From positions 278,596 to 342,595 of the forward strand of contig JAVVEA010000002.1 in NCBI GenBank assembly GCA_032250835.1: DNA of 64,000 nucleotides. Reading direction: 5' to 3'. The position numbers were made by a program, and so were the translations under genes. This document shows positions 61,734 to 64,000 of this stretch, one piece after another (the stretch's first letter is position 1; each line of letters begins with the position of its first letter). This DNA comes from a bacterium. Its GTDB lineage: Bacteria > SAR324 > XYD2-FULL-50-16. Below the pieces are notes generated by a model. That model saw nothing but the letters and a program-made list of their open reading frames with translations. It ran no database searches and was not told where the DNA came from.

Positions 61734-61753
61734 ATACTTGAGTACGCAAGTAT
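61734..61753. promoter_or_regulatory. Palindromic operator, probably MarR autoregulation
   Basis: ATACTTG-AGTACG-CAAGTAT, 28 bp upstream of the marR start. Confidence 0.65.
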
Positions 61754-61802
61754 ATTTAGTTGGTCAAGCCTTCTTTGAATTTGGGGGTAGTGGTTTGACC
61801 GC

Positions 61803-62846
61803 CTAGCGGGGTTCTTGGCCTGCCCAAGCCGCAGGCAATTGGCCGCTGCGGCGCAGTTGGTCGATAAAGATTTCGGTCATCTCCGAAGCAAAGGCGTGCT
61901 CGTGGCGTAGGTCATGGACATAGGCCTTGATCCGTACCTTGATGATCGAGACGCCCTGATGGATTTCGTTTTTTAAGATCACCGCCACGGGCTTGCCCAG
62001 GTAGACGTATTGGCTGGTTACCGCTGCCTGATGGGCCAAGCTTTTAACCAAGCCGAAGTCCACCCCAAAGGGCAAAAACACTTCGGCCACCACCTGGCAA
62101 TTGGGTTCTCCGGAGTTGCTGTTTAAAACTGACTGGTTGACGATCACGCTGTTGGGGATAGAGACCAGCGAATCGTCGGCGGTGACCACCCGCACGGTCC
62201 GCAGCCCGATATGGACCACCTCTCCGTAATATTTGTCGGCCTCGATCTTATCTCCTACCTGAAAGGGGCGGTCGATCAGGATCAAAATCCCGCCGAAGAC
62301 GTTTTTTAAGACATCCTGAGACGCAAAGCCCAGCGCCAAGCCTGCCGAAGCGCCGAGTGCCAGTAGGGACTCAAAGGGCGGGGCAATCACCCCTTCGATA
62401 ACCACATAGGCCGTAAAGACCCAGGCGAGAATGCGGATGATCGGGATCGCCGATTTGATGGCCAACCGCTGAGCGGCCCATTTTTCCGAAAGAGCTTCTA
62501 AGAGGCGGCTTAAAAAACGGATCGCCAGATAGGCGAAGACCAGTAAGACCAAGGACCAGAAAATCTTACCGAAGGTGATCGAGACATCAAGATTGGGCCG
62601 GGTTTCTTTTATGGACTGCCCCACCTCCGCTGCCGCTGCGGCGGGGAGTTTGGCCGGGTTAGGTAGCGCTTTGGGGGGCTCTGGACTGGCTGGGGCCGCC
62701 GGTACCGGCTGGGCGGCTGGTTCGGCTAGCGCCTCCGGTGCGGTGGCCGCGGGCAGCGGTTCTGGGGCCGCCGTTTCTTGGGCCCCGGCGACAGGACCAG
62801 CCAGCATTGCCACTAGGAAATAGATGAATATTATCCGCCAAGGCAT
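61803..62846 (-). CDS. Mechanosensitive ion channel family protein (MscS-like)
   Basis: GLALGFASQDVLKNVFGG, DRPFQVGDKI, GEVVHIGLR, IPNS; Ala/Pro-rich N-terminal linker. Confidence 0.9.
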   Translation of the reverse strand: MPWRIIFIYFLVAMLAGPVAGAQETAAPEPLPAATAPEALAEPAAQPVPAAPASPEPPKALPNPAKLPAAAAAEVGQSIKETRPNLDVSITFGKIFWSLVLLVFAYLAIRFLSRLLEALSEKWAAQRLAIKSAIPIIRILAWVFTAYVVIEGVIAPPFESLLALGASAGLALGFASQDVLKNVFGGILILIDRPFQVGDKIEADKYYGEVVHIGLRTVRVVTADDSLVSIPNSVIVNQSVLNSNSGEPNCQVVAEVFLPFGVDFGLVKSLAHQAAVTSQYVYLGKPVAVILKNEIHQGVSIIKVRIKAYVHDLRHEHAFASEMTEIFIDQLRRSGQLPAAWAGQEPR

Positions 62847-62850
62847 GGGT

Positions 62851-64000
62851 TCACTCCAACAGGTTGCGGTCTTTTAAAATTTGCACCAAGGGGCGCTGGA
62901 ACAGGGCCTGAACTCCGTAAGCTCCCCCTTTATCGACCAAGATGCCCCGCTCCACCAATTGATCAAAACGGTAGCGGCTCTCCTGCTCGTTGATCCGGAA
63001 TACCTGGGCTTGCTCGCTCACACTCAACCGCTCGTGCAGCAGGACGGCTTGAAGGCAAAAGAGCTCGGCTTTGGATAGCTGGCTTAAGGACTTAAGGTTA
63101 AACCTCACCTCCGAAGACAGGACCAGCGTCTGGTCCTCCACCGACTCCACCGCGCGGACCCAATGGAATAAAGCTTGGCCAATGTTTGCCCCGCTAACCT
63201 GGGCTAGGGTTTCAAAAAACTCGGCCTGAGCCATTCCTTGGCGTTCTTCTTCGGAAGATGCCTCACGGTAACTTTTGGATTTGGCCAGCTCGGCACTGGC
63301 GCTGTATTTTAAATGGAACCCACTCAATTGGTGCCGTCTCAAGACCAATTCTTTTAAATCAGCGGGGCTAGGGGTGGAAAGCGATAAAACCTGCTCAAAC
63401 TGATGGGATATCTGCACCACCCGGTCTAGGTAGTTCCAAGCTAATTCGCCGCAAAAGTTGATCCACAGGATTTTGGCCTGGGTCTGGTGTTGCAGCAAGA
63501 TGAATTGGCGCAGCAGTTCAAAACCTCCAGGAACTCTTAAAAAGAGACGATCCAGGCTTTCCACGCCAACCACTCTGGCAGCGGTCCAGGTCAGGATGTC
63601 CGCTTCGATTTCGCTAAGGCTTGGGCAAGGCCTCATTCCCAATGCATCGCACAAGACCTCGACCAAATCCGCCTCGGCAAGGCAGCGGTGCTCTAGTTTG
63701 ATTCTAGCCGTGGCGTAGTCACCAAAGGCGCGGCTTTGGGCTATCTGCCAGAGCGAACTTTTACCGGCTCCTTTGGCACCGACCACCGCCAGGGAACCAT
63801 GCCCTTGGGCTTGGTGCTTCTCGAATACCTCGGAGACTACCGCCATTTCGGCCTGACGGGCCAAAAAGAAGCGGTCATCGGCCAGCGGCTCGTTGCGGAA
63901 GAGGTGGCGGTAAACATGGGGCAGTGCAAAGATCCGGTCACGAGATTCACTGATCAGGGACTTAAGCCGTAATTCCTGGGCACTGCCCACCGTAAGGCCC
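62851..64000 (-). CDS. P-loop NTPase domain protein with C-terminal winged-helix-like region; 5' end outside window
   Basis: VVGAKGAGKSS Walker A; frame stays open to the window edge. Confidence 0.7.
   Translation of the reverse strand, partial: GLTVGSAQELRLKSLISESRDRIFALPHVYRHLFRNEPLADDRFFLARQAEMAVVSEVFEKHQAQGHGSLAVVGAKGAGKSSLWQIAQSRAFGDYATARIKLEHRCLAEADLVEVLCDALGMRPCPSLSEIEADILTWTAARVVGVESLDRLFLRVPGGFELLRQFILLQHQTQAKILWINFCGELAWNYLDRVVQISHQFEQVLSLSTPSPADLKELVLRRHQLSGFHLKYSASAELAKSKSYREASSEEERQGMAQAEFFETLAQVSGANIGQALFHWVRAVESVEDQTLVLSSEVRFNLKSLSQLSKAELFCLQAVLLHERLSVSEQAQVFRINEQESRYRFDQLVERGILVDKGGAYGVQALFQRPLVQILKDRNLLE

Overview
Chromosomal window from a Gram-negative bacterium, about 55% GC by eye. 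The gene content (class I LysRS, DUF3334, many 7TM-DISM kinases) would fit a deltaproteobacteria/SAR324-like environmental lineage, but that is inference only. The first ~27 kb is accessory and signalling-rich: seven histidine kinases, a MEDS sensor, a periplasmic sugar-binding protein, a LysR-CDGSH-pirin module, a TusE/DsrC-like protein, a short Rho paralog and tRNA-Ser(CGA). The middle is housekeeping: serS with two tRNA-Ser genes, a rearranged dcw operon (rsmH-ftsL-ftsI-RDD-lysS-MBL-mraY), pyrG and uvrA. The end holds glpD, a BLUF protein, SemiSWEET, MarR and MscS. Most notable: (1) an AT-rich two-gene cassette (YejK/NdpA-like nucleoid protein plus membrane protein, a candidate anti-phage system) held between two inverted copies of a ~400-460 bp structured non-coding element; (2) a pseudoknot/triplex-shaped motif in that element whose differences between copies are all compensatory; (3) a family of hairpin-rich REP-like units nested in the element and tandemly repeated downstream of tRNA-Ser genes; (4) an AAA-ATPase gene inserted with a 132 bp duplication of the target gene's 3' end; (5) several small membrane peptides, two of them missing from the ORF track. 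All family calls come from motif recognition by eye; no database searches were run.
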